Origin: Pelagomonas calceolata
Lineage: Eukaryota
Assembly (NCBI GenBank): GCA_918797485.1
Contig: CAKKNE010000002.1
Location: 5,704,001-5,768,000 of the forward strand
Reading direction: 5' to 3'
DNA: 64,000 bases
A program made the translations under genes and the position numbers. The notes beneath the pieces are model-generated. The model was not told the origin of the DNA, made no database searches, and saw only the letters and a list, made by a program, of their open reading frames with translations. Of this stretch, positions 42,381 through 51,813 are shown one piece after another (position 1 is the stretch's first letter; each line of letters starts with the position of its first letter).

Positions 42381-45300
42381 TTAGAAGTGCGGCGTCTTGA
42401 ACTTCCAGACGCCGCTCACGGGATCAAAGTCCACCAGCGACGCGCCCATCCGCTTCGTCGCCTTTTCGACGCGGCGCGACCACTTCGCGCACTCCGCCTC
42501 GGAAGCGTCCGCGCCGGGCCCGACGTTCAGCAGCGTGACGATGGCCGGCCGGTTCAGCTTCGAGCCGACGGCCGGCTTGGAGGCGTCGTCGTCGTCGTAG
42601 ACCTCGACCTCGGGCGGGCCGTCGCGCTCGCAGATGCGCACGTCCCTATCTAAGTCAACACCGCGGACGTCGACGCGGCCGAGCCACTCGACGCGGCCAA
42701 AGTCGGGCCGCTCCACGGCGAAGGCGTGCACCGCGGCCAGCTCGTCGTCCGACAGTCGTTCGAGGATGGCCATCGACGGCTCGGTCACGAAGCCGACCTT
42801 CACGAGCTTGGGGGCGTTCGGGTTGATGCCCTCGGACGACAGCGGGTCGACGACCGGCGACAGCACCGACTGTCGCTCGCTAGGCGGCGACCGCGCGGCG
42901 TCCGTCGAGCCGGCGACCGAGCTGCGTGGCGTCGGCTGGCCGTGCTCGTGGAAGACACGGTCCAATTGCTGCGTCGGCGTCGGCGCGGACCCAAAGGGCG
43001 ACAGCGTCAGCGGCGCGCGGGTCGTGCGCGCCGTCGTCGGCGGCTCGGACTCGGCCGCGCCAAATAATGGGGGAGGTGCCGGCGCGGGCGACGGCGACGG
43101 CGCGCCGGCGGCGAGCGCTGGCGACGGCGCGCCGGCGAGCGCGAGCGGCGCGACACCTTGCCGCGGCGGCGCGGGCAGCGCCGGGACCGCGGCCGCCTCC
43201 TTCTCGAACGGCCTCGACGACCGCCGTGTCGGCGACGACCGCGCCTCCGCGTCGAGGACGAGGCGGCGGTGGCCCAGGCCCAAATAGGCCGCGGGCGACG
43301 GCCGGCCCACCGAGACCGCGGGCGACCCGGCGAGCGAGGGCCGTGCCGCTCTCGAGGGCGTGTCGTGGCGGGACCGCGGCGGCGCGCGCGCCGCGGGCGA
43401 GTAGGTCGTCGGCCCGGCCAGCGCGGCGTCGAGCGCCCGTCGCCCGGCATCGGACGTGCGCCGCGCGGCCCCGTTCTGGAGCGTGTCGAGGCGGACCGCG
43501 GCGCCGTCGGCGACGCGGTCGGCGGCCTTGGCCGTCGCGTCGGCCTCCGAGACGCCGACCACGGACGGCCCGAGCCGCGCTTCGAGCGCCGCGGACCGCT
43601 GCGCGAGCGCTGCAACGCTGCCATCGGCGCCGGCGCCGTAGGGGGATGTAACCAGCGACTGCTGCTGCTGCTGCGCGCCGAGGGGGCTCGCCGCGGCGCC
43701 GAAGAGGCCGCCGCCCGTCGAGGGCGCGCCAAAGGCTCCTGTAGGTGAGCTTCCGAACAACCCGCCGCCGGGTGCGGGCGCCGGCGTCGAGCCAAACAGT
43801 CCGCCGGCCGCGGGCGCCGGCGCGCCGAACAGACCTCCCCCGGCAGGTTTCGCGCCGAATAGGCCGCCCGACGTCGCCGTGCCGCCCAGGGAGAACGCCC
43901 CGGGCGCCGGCGCCGGTGTCGACCCGAAGAGGCCCCCAGGCGCGGGCGCCGGCGCGCCGAACAGGCCTCCCGCGGGCTTCGGGGCCCCAAAAAGCCCGCC
44001 GCTCGCCGCGGGTGCGCCGAAGGCCCCCGGGGCGGGGGCTGGCGTCGAGCCGAACAGTCCACCGGCCGGCGCCGGGGCGCTCCCGAACAAGCCGCCGGGC
44101 GCGGGCGCCGGCGCGCCAAAGAGACCTCCCGGCTTCGGGGCGCCGAATGCTGGCGCTGCGGCACCAAAAGCGCCGGGGGCAGGCGCCGGAGTAGACCCGA
44201 AGAGGCCGCCGGGCGCCGGCGCGGGGGCGCCGAACAGGCCGGGTGCCGGCGCCGGGGCCCCAAATAAGCCTCCTCCGGGGGCTGGCGCAGGCGCTCCGAA
44301 TAGGCCACCCGCAGGGGCCGCCGCGGGCGCGCCGAACGCGGGCGCGGCGCCGAACGCGCCTGGCGCGGGAGCGGGCGCGCCGAACAAACCGCCGCCCGCG
44401 GGCTTTGGGGCGCCGAATAAACCCCCGCCGGTGGTCGTATTGGTTGCTCCAAAAGCAGGTGCGGCGCCAAACGCGCCGGGCGCGGGCGCGGGCGTACTTC
44501 CGAACAGCCCCGTCCCTGCAGGTTTGGCGCCGAAGAGCCCGCCGGCAGCTGGAGCCCCGAATGCGCCTGGGGCTGGTGCGGCGGCTCCAAACAGCCCACC
44601 CGCCGGCGCGGGCGCGGGCGCACCGAACGGCGACGTCGTCGTCGTCGCGCCGAACGTCGACCCAAACGCGCCTGGCGCTGGCGCCGGAGTGCTTCCGAAG
44701 AGTCCTCCAGCCGCGGGAGCGGGTGCGCCGAATGCGGGCGCGCCGAAGGCTCCCGGCGCGGGCGCGGGCGCCCCAAACGGCGACGAAGTCGTAGTCGCGC
44801 CGAAGGCGCCGGTCGTCGGCGAGCTCCCGAAACCGCCCGCAGCCGGCGCGGCGCCGCCCCTTCCTTTATTGCCCTGCTTGTAGTCCTCGAGGCGCAGCTC
44901 CTCGAAGGACTTGGCCCGGTAGGCGGGGTTCGTCGTGATGCAGTGGTAGACCATCTCCATGCGCTTGCCGGACGTGTTCTGCTCCTGGTCGCGGTGCGGC
45001 TGGTAGGGCGGCTGGCCCGTGCCGGGCTGCGCCTGCTGCGCCGCGCCGAAGGCCCCACCAGTTGTTTGGCCGAAAGGCGATGCCTTTTGCTGGGTCGCGC
45101 CAAACGGGGAGGTGGTCTGCCCGAACGCAGACGTCGTCGTCGACCCGAACGCAGAGGGAGCGGCGGCGGGCGCGCCGAATAAGCCAGTGGCGTTGGACGG
45201 CTGCGTCGCGCCGAAGGCGCTCGTCGTCGTCGACCCGAAGGCGCTCGTCGTCTGCCCGAAGCCTCCGGGCGTCGCGGGCGATCCAAAGAGCCCTCCAGGC

Positions 45301-45518
45301 GCGGGCGCCGGTGCGCCGAACGGCGTCTTCGCAGGGGCGCCGAAGGCACTCGTCTGCCCGAAGCCGCCCGGTGTCTGGGGCGAGCCAAAGGCAGGCGCGC
45401 TCGTCGACCCGAATGCGCTGGTTTGTTGTTGTTGCGGCGGGAAACCGCCGAAGGCGTTCGTGGTTGTTGACGCGCCAAACGTCGGCTGGCTCGGTGTGCC
45501 AAAGGCGCCGAACGACAT
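42381..45518 (-). CDS. NUP98: Nucleoporin Nup98 (FG/GLFG repeats, GLEBS, autoproteolytic domain)
   Basis: Many GLFG and AFG repeats; GLEBS YHCITTNPAYRAKSFEELRLEDYKQG; C-terminal TEPS...FGRVEW..VDVRGVDLD...KPAVGSKLNRPAIVTL...GVWKFKTPHF*. Confidence 0.92.
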   Translation of the reverse strand: MSFGAFGTPSQPTFGASTTTNAFGGFPPQQQQTSAFGSTSAPAFGSPQTPGGFGQTSAFGAPAKTPFGAPAPAPGGLFGSPATPGGFGQTTSAFGSTTTSAFGATQPSNATGLFGAPAAAPSAFGSTTTSAFGQTTSPFGATQQKASPFGQTTGGAFGAAQQAQPGTGQPPYQPHRDQEQNTSGKRMEMVYHCITTNPAYRAKSFEELRLEDYKQGNKGRGGAAPAAGGFGSSPTTGAFGATTTSSPFGAPAPAPGAFGAPAFGAPAPAAGGLFGSTPAPAPGAFGSTFGATTTTSPFGAPAPAPAGGLFGAAAPAPGAFGAPAAGGLFGAKPAGTGLFGSTPAPAPGAFGAAPAFGATNTTTGGGLFGAPKPAGGGLFGAPAPAPGAFGAAPAFGAPAAAPAGGLFGAPAPAPGGGLFGAPAPAPGLFGAPAPAPGGLFGSTPAPAPGAFGAAAPAFGAPKPGGLFGAPAPAPGGLFGSAPAPAGGLFGSTPAPAPGAFGAPAASGGLFGAPKPAGGLFGAPAPAPGGLFGSTPAPAPGAFSLGGTATSGGLFGAKPAGGGLFGAPAPAAGGLFGSTPAPAPGGGLFGSSPTGAFGAPSTGGGLFGAAASPLGAQQQQQSLVTSPYGAGADGSVAALAQRSAALEARLGPSVVGVSEADATAKAADRVADGAAVRLDTLQNGAARRTSDAGRRALDAALAGPTTYSPAARAPPRSRHDTPSRAARPSLAGSPAVSVGRPSPAAYLGLGHRRLVLDAEARSSPTRRSSRPFEKEAAAVPALPAPPRQGVAPLALAGAPSPALAAGAPSPSPAPAPPPLFGAAESEPPTTARTTRAPLTLSPFGSAPTPTQQLDRVFHEHGQPTPRSSVAGSTDAARSPPSERQSVLSPVVDPLSSEGINPNAPKLVKVGFVTEPSMAILERLSDDELAAVHAFAVERPDFGRVEWLGRVDVRGVDLDRDVRICERDGPPEVEVYDDDDASKPAVGSKLNRPAIVTLLNVGPGADASEAECAKWSRRVEKATKRMGASLVDFDPVSGVWKFKTPHF

Positions 45519-46175
45519 GGTGGCGGCTAGCGTTTGCGCGCGCTGCGCTTTCTGCTACCTCTGCGCAGCGCGCTGAGGTCCGGGCGCGGCGATCGCGTGC
45601 GCGGGCGCGCTTTAACCAGGCGGAGAGGCCAGCGGGCGCGGCCTCTGGTTTTCAGCCGCGGCGCGGCGGCGTTGCAGCGCAGCTTGCGAGCCGCTTGTAT
45701 GGCGTGCTGTGGTGTGCTGGAATACTCCGCAACGTTTATTACGCGAGCCCAGTGTGTGGGCAAAAACCGGGCGGCGGCGACAGCCACTTTTGGGCCTAAT
45801 TCGGGTTTTCGAAGCCGGAGCGATCCGTGCTCGGGCGTGACCCAAGGAGGAGTCCCTCGCCGGCCATGACCACGCTTCGAGTAGTCTGCGCGAGCACGGC
45901 CGCGACACTAGGCATCCAGCGGCACTAGCCTCGGGAGGGAGCAACGCCGACCAAAACAAGCGCCGCGGCGCCGTCGGGACGCCATCGAGCCGCTGAGCGT
46001 GCCGTCGTCGGCTGCCTTAGCGACGCCAGTCGGACGCTGGCGGTCATCGAGCCTGCCGCACAACACGGCGGGCTGCCCAACTTAGCCAAGCCTTAGCCTC
46101 AGGGCAGCCAAGAGCGCCGCGCAAGGATTCACACACTTGGAACAAGCAGCAGCGCAAAGGGAGCAAAAGGCCAAC

Positions 46176-48953
46176 ATGTCGAACGCCACGTACAACGGCC
46201 AGTGGGCCGGCGCCATGGCCGAGCTCGCCGAGCAGGTCCACCTCGAGGACCCCACCCTGGAAGCCGAGGAGGGCGCGCCGGAGCCCGAGCCCGTGCGGCC
46301 GACGTCGATCGCCCAGGCCTTCCAGCACTTTGCGTGTTTGTACATCAAGTACCTGCAGATTTTTAGGAAGCTCGAGCGGTGTTACGACGGCATGGTCCAC
46401 CCGCAAAAAAGGTTGGCGGTGCTGAAGGTGCTCGAGTTAGTCATGCAGCGCGTCGTCGAGTTGAAACATTCCCTCGTCAAGTACAGCCCACCGCCGCCGG
46501 TAGTGCAGCAGGACAAGAGCTTCCCCTGGGAGTACGTGAACCTCGACAGTGTCTTGGTCGATCTCAAACTGCCCCCGGAGACGCTCGAAGTGCCGGTACC
46601 AAAATATTTCCGGGAGGACTCGGAACAAGCGCGGAAAGTCCGAGACAAGATCGTGGAAGGCTACATGCAGGTGAAGCACGGTGTCACGGAGATCCCCCTC
46701 GAAAGTTCGGATGGGCAAGACACTAGTGGCTCCATACCGTTAGATAAAGCTATCGAGATCATCCAGCTCAACGAGCGAGGCCGGCAGGGCAAGGAACGAG
46801 CTACATTAGTCAAAGTGCTGCGGGAGGAGGAAAAACGTAGAAAGGCCTACGACGCGGCGCACGGCGGCGCCGAGCTCGACCAGGACGTCGCGTCCATTGA
46901 GATCCAGCGGGCTTTACGTGGATTAGTCGCTCGAAATAGAGCTTCACGACTACGAGACCGTGAGTTAATCTTCCTCGGCATGCGGCCAAGTATCACCGAG
47001 AATGTGGATCGCGAAGCCCAGCTCAAGAATGCCTACATCATGCGCAAGCAGGAACAAAAAGACAACAAGGACGCCTACGAACGCGCTTTGGAGGACATGA
47101 AGGAGGTCGTGTACAACGACGAGGGGCCCGACATGAAGCGCGAACTCGAGGGGGAGCGCACCGAGTGGCTCGCGGATGCGATCCTCGAGGAGGACACGAC
47201 GGGCATCAAGCCGGCCGAACTCGCGGATGAAGGCAAAAAGCCACGGGAGCGCGGCGGCAAGAAGAAGGCGCGGGAACGGGGCCTCATGCCCGAGTCCATG
47301 CAAGAATTTTACGACGACAAGTATCCGGAACCGGTCGAGGAGGAGCCCGAGGCCGACCCCAAAGCCGACAAGGGGGCCAAGAAGGACGACAAGGGTAAAG
47401 GTAAAGGCAAGAAGGACGAACCGGAAGAGGAGGAGTTACCTTTGTTGCAGGAGAAGCGCGACTTGACCTCGAAGATGTTCGAGACCACGGAACACTATCA
47501 AAATGAATGGGAGGACTTCAACGAGGAGGACAACTTCGCGCAGAAGCACGACGTGGAGCTCGTGAAGAATGAAATTAGGGATGGTGTGAAACTACAAATC
47601 CGCGACGAGGTCGACGAGATGTTTAGGGATCAACTCAAAAAGCTCAAACAGGAGCTCGGCCAGAATTTCGCGAAGCCGCCCAAGGCCAAGAAAATCAAGC
47701 CTAGCAAGAAGAACGCCAAAGGTGAAAAAATAAAGTTCAAGAAGCTCACGGGCGACAAGAACAAAGAAATCGCGGGCCTTAGTGTGGAGGAGACTCTTGT
47801 TAAATTAGTGGATCACGGGTTGGTCAACTCCTACAAACCGCGCAAGATCTCGGATTTGGTCGGCGATTTCAACTACCTGGGTACGGTTCGTCAATCGTGC
47901 GAGCCGCCCCAAGGCGAAGAATGGCAGCCGGCCGATCCAAGCATGCAGCAGTTACGAGCTGCTATTACCGAATATTGTATCCTACCTCTTGGTTCACAAC
48001 GAGTGGCCACGGCCATGCGCGGCGACCAGCACGGCGACGTACCTGATAGCTCATACGAGCCTGTTAGATCGATACTGTTATACGGTCCCAAGGGTAGCGG
48101 CAAGACGGCCATGGTCGAAGCGATCGCTCATGAATTGGGTGCGCTGCTCATCAACATCTCCCCCGCCAAGGTCAAGGGCAAGTTCGGAGAAAATAAGAAG
48201 GCTCCCGCGATCCTTCCTCACCTCATCTGCAAGGTCGCGACGGACCCGGCCTTCAGCCCCGTCATCGTCTACATGGACGACGCGCACGAGTACATGGTGG
48301 GAAAAAAATTTGATAAACAGGGTCCCGGGCGCTTCTGCAAGGAGTTCCAGAACTACAAGAAGTCCTTTTTCACGCGGAAGAAGAACGGCGGCTTCTTCAC
48401 GGTGTCAGCGAAGAAGGGCCCGCAGCCGTGCCCGCCCGACGACAAGAATTGCCCGAACGGGACCTTCGACGCTCGCATCTTATTTATCGGGTGTACGTCT
48501 CAGCCCGAGTTAGCGGACCCGAAACAAACGAAGCTCTTCTTCGACAAGATGCTCTACTTTCCGTACCCCGACCACGCGTCGCGCTACATGCTCTGGAAGC
48601 GGACCATCGCGGAGCAGTTGAAGGGCTCTCCCGTCAACAGTGTGGGAGATCTATCGACGCTCGCGCACGTTTCTGAAGGATTCTCGGCGGGCGCCATTAT
48701 ATCTTGCGTGAAGAAGACGCTCACGAAGCGACGGGTGGAACGGTTGAGCAAAAGGCCCTTCGAGTCGTCCGAGTTCCTGAACCCTTTGGCGAGGGCGGCC
48801 GCCGAAAAGCAGCTCAGCTACCAGGACGACCACAAGGCCTTCCTCAAGTTCACGAGTGAGGTCGCGTCGACGCTCGCGACCGAGAAGAAGAACCTGGAGA
48901 TCATCAAGGCGGGCGGCGATCCGAACGCGAAGAAGAAAGGTAAAAAGAAGTGA
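46176..48953 (+). CDS. IQCA1: IQ and AAA domain protein, dynein regulatory complex subunit 11
   Basis: LYIKYLQIFRKLERCYDGMVHPQKR, IQLNERGRQG, IQ-like IQRALRG, ITEYCILPLGS, Walker A LLYGPKGSGKT. Confidence 0.9.
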   Translation: MSNATYNGQWAGAMAELAEQVHLEDPTLEAEEGAPEPEPVRPTSIAQAFQHFACLYIKYLQIFRKLERCYDGMVHPQKRLAVLKVLELVMQRVVELKHSLVKYSPPPPVVQQDKSFPWEYVNLDSVLVDLKLPPETLEVPVPKYFREDSEQARKVRDKIVEGYMQVKHGVTEIPLESSDGQDTSGSIPLDKAIEIIQLNERGRQGKERATLVKVLREEEKRRKAYDAAHGGAELDQDVASIEIQRALRGLVARNRASRLRDRELIFLGMRPSITENVDREAQLKNAYIMRKQEQKDNKDAYERALEDMKEVVYNDEGPDMKRELEGERTEWLADAILEEDTTGIKPAELADEGKKPRERGGKKKARERGLMPESMQEFYDDKYPEPVEEEPEADPKADKGAKKDDKGKGKGKKDEPEEEELPLLQEKRDLTSKMFETTEHYQNEWEDFNEEDNFAQKHDVELVKNEIRDGVKLQIRDEVDEMFRDQLKKLKQELGQNFAKPPKAKKIKPSKKNAKGEKIKFKKLTGDKNKEIAGLSVEETLVKLVDHGLVNSYKPRKISDLVGDFNYLGTVRQSCEPPQGEEWQPADPSMQQLRAAITEYCILPLGSQRVATAMRGDQHGDVPDSSYEPVRSILLYGPKGSGKTAMVEAIAHELGALLINISPAKVKGKFGENKKAPAILPHLICKVATDPAFSPVIVYMDDAHEYMVGKKFDKQGPGRFCKEFQNYKKSFFTRKKNGGFFTVSAKKGPQPCPPDDKNCPNGTFDARILFIGCTSQPELADPKQTKLFFDKMLYFPYPDHASRYMLWKRTIAEQLKGSPVNSVGDLSTLAHVSEGFSAGAIISCVKKTLTKRRVERLSKRPFESSEFLNPLARAAAEKQLSYQDDHKAFLKFTSEVASTLATEKKNLEIIKAGGDPNAKKKGKKK

Positions 48954-49148
48954 TGGCGGCTAAGTACTTTTCTGTCATTCTCGCGACCTATATCCCGGGG
49001 GCTTTGCGCGTCGGCGTCGCCTGGCGTCGACTGCGTCGCGGTACATGGGTCACGTCTATGTCCACCTCGACGCTGTCTCGAGAGCCGACGCCGTCGCAGG
49101 AACGACGTTGCGTCGATGGCGTGAGGGCCGCGCGCGGCTCTAAATGCC

Positions 49149-49919
49149 TTAGGATATGCTACTTATGTCTCCGACGACCTCGTCGTCGCCCTTGTCGTCG
49201 AAGAAGTCGTCGTCGAGGCGGCTCGCGGCCTTGGCGTCGAGGCTCTCCCGCCGCTCCGCGTGCTCCCCCTCGTTAGCGAGCATGCCCTGGACCGCGTCCT
49301 GGAGGAAGATGTCGCAGTCGTAGTCCCGCCACGTCCGCTGCAGGTCCGCGGGCAGCGTGCCCCAGGATACGCCCGGCGAGACCGCGTGGTCGGTCCGCCA
49401 CTTTCTACAAGCCTCGCGCCGTTCCTCCGTCGGCGGCAGGTCGACGACGCGGTCGTCTTCTGGACTTTCTTCGGCGCTCGTCTCGCCGTAGCGGTCGTCG
49501 CCGCCGCCCTCGGCCAAGACGTCGTCCTTGTAGACGTCGTCGCCGAAGGTCGTGGAACCTTCATCCGGACTGCTGTCGCCGAAGACGGGCATCGGCGGCG
49601 CGTGGTCCTCGGCGAGGTGCGCCACGATGGCCGCCGCTTCCGCGTGGCACTCCTTCTTTAGCTCCCGCAGATCCATCATTTTCGTGATGCCGAAGCGGTC
49701 TTCCAGGCCCATGATGACCTCGTGCAGGAGCGCCGCGTTCTCCCGGGCCTCGACCTCCATGGCCTCGAGGCGGCGCTCCAGCGCGACGCGCCGCGACGTC
49801 GCGGAGCCCGGATCGTAGCCGCCGCAGCCGTGGTTGTACTTCAGGTTCACTAATACCAGAACCACGCAGAGCGCCGTGAAGAGCGTCTCCAAGATTATTA
49901 TCGAGAGGTTGCGGGCCAT
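49149..49919 (-). CDS. Hypothetical type II membrane protein with coiled coil and small Cys/Trp domain
   Basis: N-terminal TM (IIILETLFTALCVVLVLV), coiled coil, and CRKWRTDHAVSPGVSWGTLPADLQRTWRDYDCD. Confidence 0.6.
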   Translation of the reverse strand: MARNLSIIILETLFTALCVVLVLVNLKYNHGCGGYDPGSATSRRVALERRLEAMEVEARENAALLHEVIMGLEDRFGITKMMDLRELKKECHAEAAAIVAHLAEDHAPPMPVFGDSSPDEGSTTFGDDVYKDDVLAEGGGDDRYGETSAEESPEDDRVVDLPPTEERREACRKWRTDHAVSPGVSWGTLPADLQRTWRDYDCDIFLQDAVQGMLANEGEHAERRESLDAKAASRLDDDFFDDKGDDEVVGDISSIS

Positions 49920-50102
49920 CTTTCGCTGCGGCTCGCGCTTGCCCAGCAGGTCAGTGGCTCTCCCGGTGCGGAGGGGCTTTGCGCAGCGGGACTTGTGCCG
50001 CCAGCCGGCTATAGTATTGGAAACAGATAAAATACAGCCGCAAATCACTTCAATGGTGCATTCCACCCTGAGTTTGCTAAGCTCCGCAAAAAGCTGTGAT
50101 TA

Positions 50103-50125
50103 CTAGTGTCTTACTGAACGCTGGC
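50103..50125 (+). promoter_or_regulatory. Recurrent intergenic motif (variant copy)
   Basis: CTAGTGTCTTACTGAACGCTGGC between divergent genes starting at 49919 (-) and 50213 (+). Confidence 0.5.
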
Positions 50126-50212
50126 TCGGCGTGAAACGCGGAGCTTCACCGCCTGAGTACTACGCCCGTAGCCCATTTAGGAACCCGCCCAGGGCCTTCA
50201 GAGAGCCCCACC

Positions 50213-51262
50213 ATGACGAAGTTCCTATTGACCACGGCCGGCGTGGCCTCGGTGCTCACGCTGCTCAGCGGAGGCCGAAGGTATCAGTCAGAGTCACATT
50301 TAGCCGCGCGCGACCTTCCCGCCCCCCCAGGCCCCAGGGGACGCCCCAGGCGACCGCTCGAACCTCACAGGCAGCGCCCCTTCCCGAACGACGGCGCCTA
50401 CCTCCGGGCCCTGGCCGACGTCCACGACTACTGCTCCGACGACTTCATGCGCCTCTGCACGTCGCAGGGCACGGAGATGGAGGAGGAGCCCGCCGACGAG
50501 GGACTCGTCGCGCCGGTCCGCCGCCTCGCCACGCTCCTGATTGACGTGCGCGCCGTCGACGCCGACGCCGAGGCCCACGGGCCCTCGCGCCACGCGGCGC
50601 CGCTCCGCCTCGGCCGCGGCCGCGACATGTGCCTTCGTGCCCACCTGTGCATAAATCAAAATTTCACGACGCGTTCCTCCGCGCCACACCTGCTCGATAG
50701 CGTGGCGGTGCCGATTCCTTCGCCACCCGACTCACTGGTTGATTTGCGCACAGGTGCCCACTATGACGAGCTCTCGACGGAGTGCAAGGCGGCTGTGGCC
50801 TTAGTAGACGACGCCGCGGAGGCCATGCCCCACCACGGCATGTGCCCGTTCATGATGTCTCTCTTCTTCGGCGCGCTGATCGGCATGGTCTTCCTCGTGC
50901 GTAAGGTGCGCGCGAAAAAGCAGATCATGAAGAAGATCCTCGAGGCCATCCGCGCGGACACGCAGCTCCAGGCCCTCGTCGAGGCCAAGGCCGGCGTCTC
51001 CGTGCCGGCGCCGTGCAACTGCAAGTGCGGCCTCCACTTCCGCGCCGCCGTGTTCGCGCTCCTCCTCAGCATGTTCGTCGGCGCGCCGCTGGTCATGGTC
51101 GTCTCCCTGATCGGCTGCTGCTGCTGCAAGTGCTGGAAGTGCTGCCGCGGCGGCTGCTGCGCCCCGAAGCCCGACGCGGCGCCGGAGGACTACGCCGCGC
51201 TCTCCGACACCGAGAAGCAGCAGCCCTCGAGCCTCCTCGCCGCGTCGCGCGACGAGAAGTAG
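50213..51262 (+). CDS. Hypothetical membrane protein with GLG1-like Cys motif, two TM segments and Cys-rich tail; predicted intron 50637-50753
   Basis: YCSDDFMRLC ... MCL|RAHYDELSTECK after removing the introner; CCCCKCWKCC tail. Confidence 0.65.
   Translation: MTKFLLTTAGVASVLTLLSGGRRYQSESHLAARDLPAPPGPRGRPRRPLEPHRQRPFPNDGAYLRALADVHDYCSDDFMRLCTSQGTEMEEEPADEGLVAPVRRLATLLIDVRAVDADAEAHGPSRHAAPLRLGRGRDMCLRAHLCINQNFTTRSSAPHLLDSVAVPIPSPPDSLVDLRTGAHYDELSTECKAAVALVDDAAEAMPHHGMCPFMMSLFFGALIGMVFLVRKVRAKKQIMKKILEAIRADTQLQALVEAKAGVSVPAPCNCKCGLHFRAAVFALLLSMFVGAPLVMVVSLIGCCCCKCWKCCRGGCCAPKPDAAPEDYAALSDTEKQQPSSLLAASRDEK
50645..50753. mobile_element. Introner copy C (109 bp); intron 50637-50753 on the plus strand
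   Basis: TIRs CTGTGCATAAATCAA / TTGATTTGCGCACAG (13/15 match); perfect TSD GTGCCCAC at 50637-50644 and 50754-50761; the reverse complement aligns in blocks to copies A and B. Confidence 0.88.
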
Positions 51263-51813
51263 ACACCGACGCTCATCTGAAGCCTACGCCCCATACGCCC
51301 CCTCGTTCCCTGTCCTGATTACGTAAAAAAGATTTTATATGACCCCAGAACCAGCGGCAGACTGATAACATATCCCGGCGATAACCAGGAGACAACAGCA
51401 ACCAAAACAAGCCAGGCTGATCGAGGTTGCCTGGCGTCGTCGAGGCGGCCCGCGAACCCACCGTCCCGTGCCGCCGCCCCGTTTCCTGCGCACGACTACT
51501 TAGGCAGAGAGAAACATTCGATTGAGACTTCGCACGAAGATCACTACCGCGAGACGTCGCGAAGCGCGGACCCGCACTATTTTTCGCAGATCGGATTCGC
51601 CTTCGCCTTCGCCGCGAACGCAAATCAAAAAGGCAGCCCGCGGCTGCAGAAATTGGTCCGCGCGCACGACCGCTGCGCAGAAATTGTTGCGCACAACAAC
51701 CGAAGCCAGGCAAGAAAAGCATGCCCCAAATCCACGCCCACGAGACGCGCGGCGCCGCCGCCTGGACGGCGGCCACGAAGTCTACCAGTAGCGAGGATCA
51801 TATTAAGAGGAGC

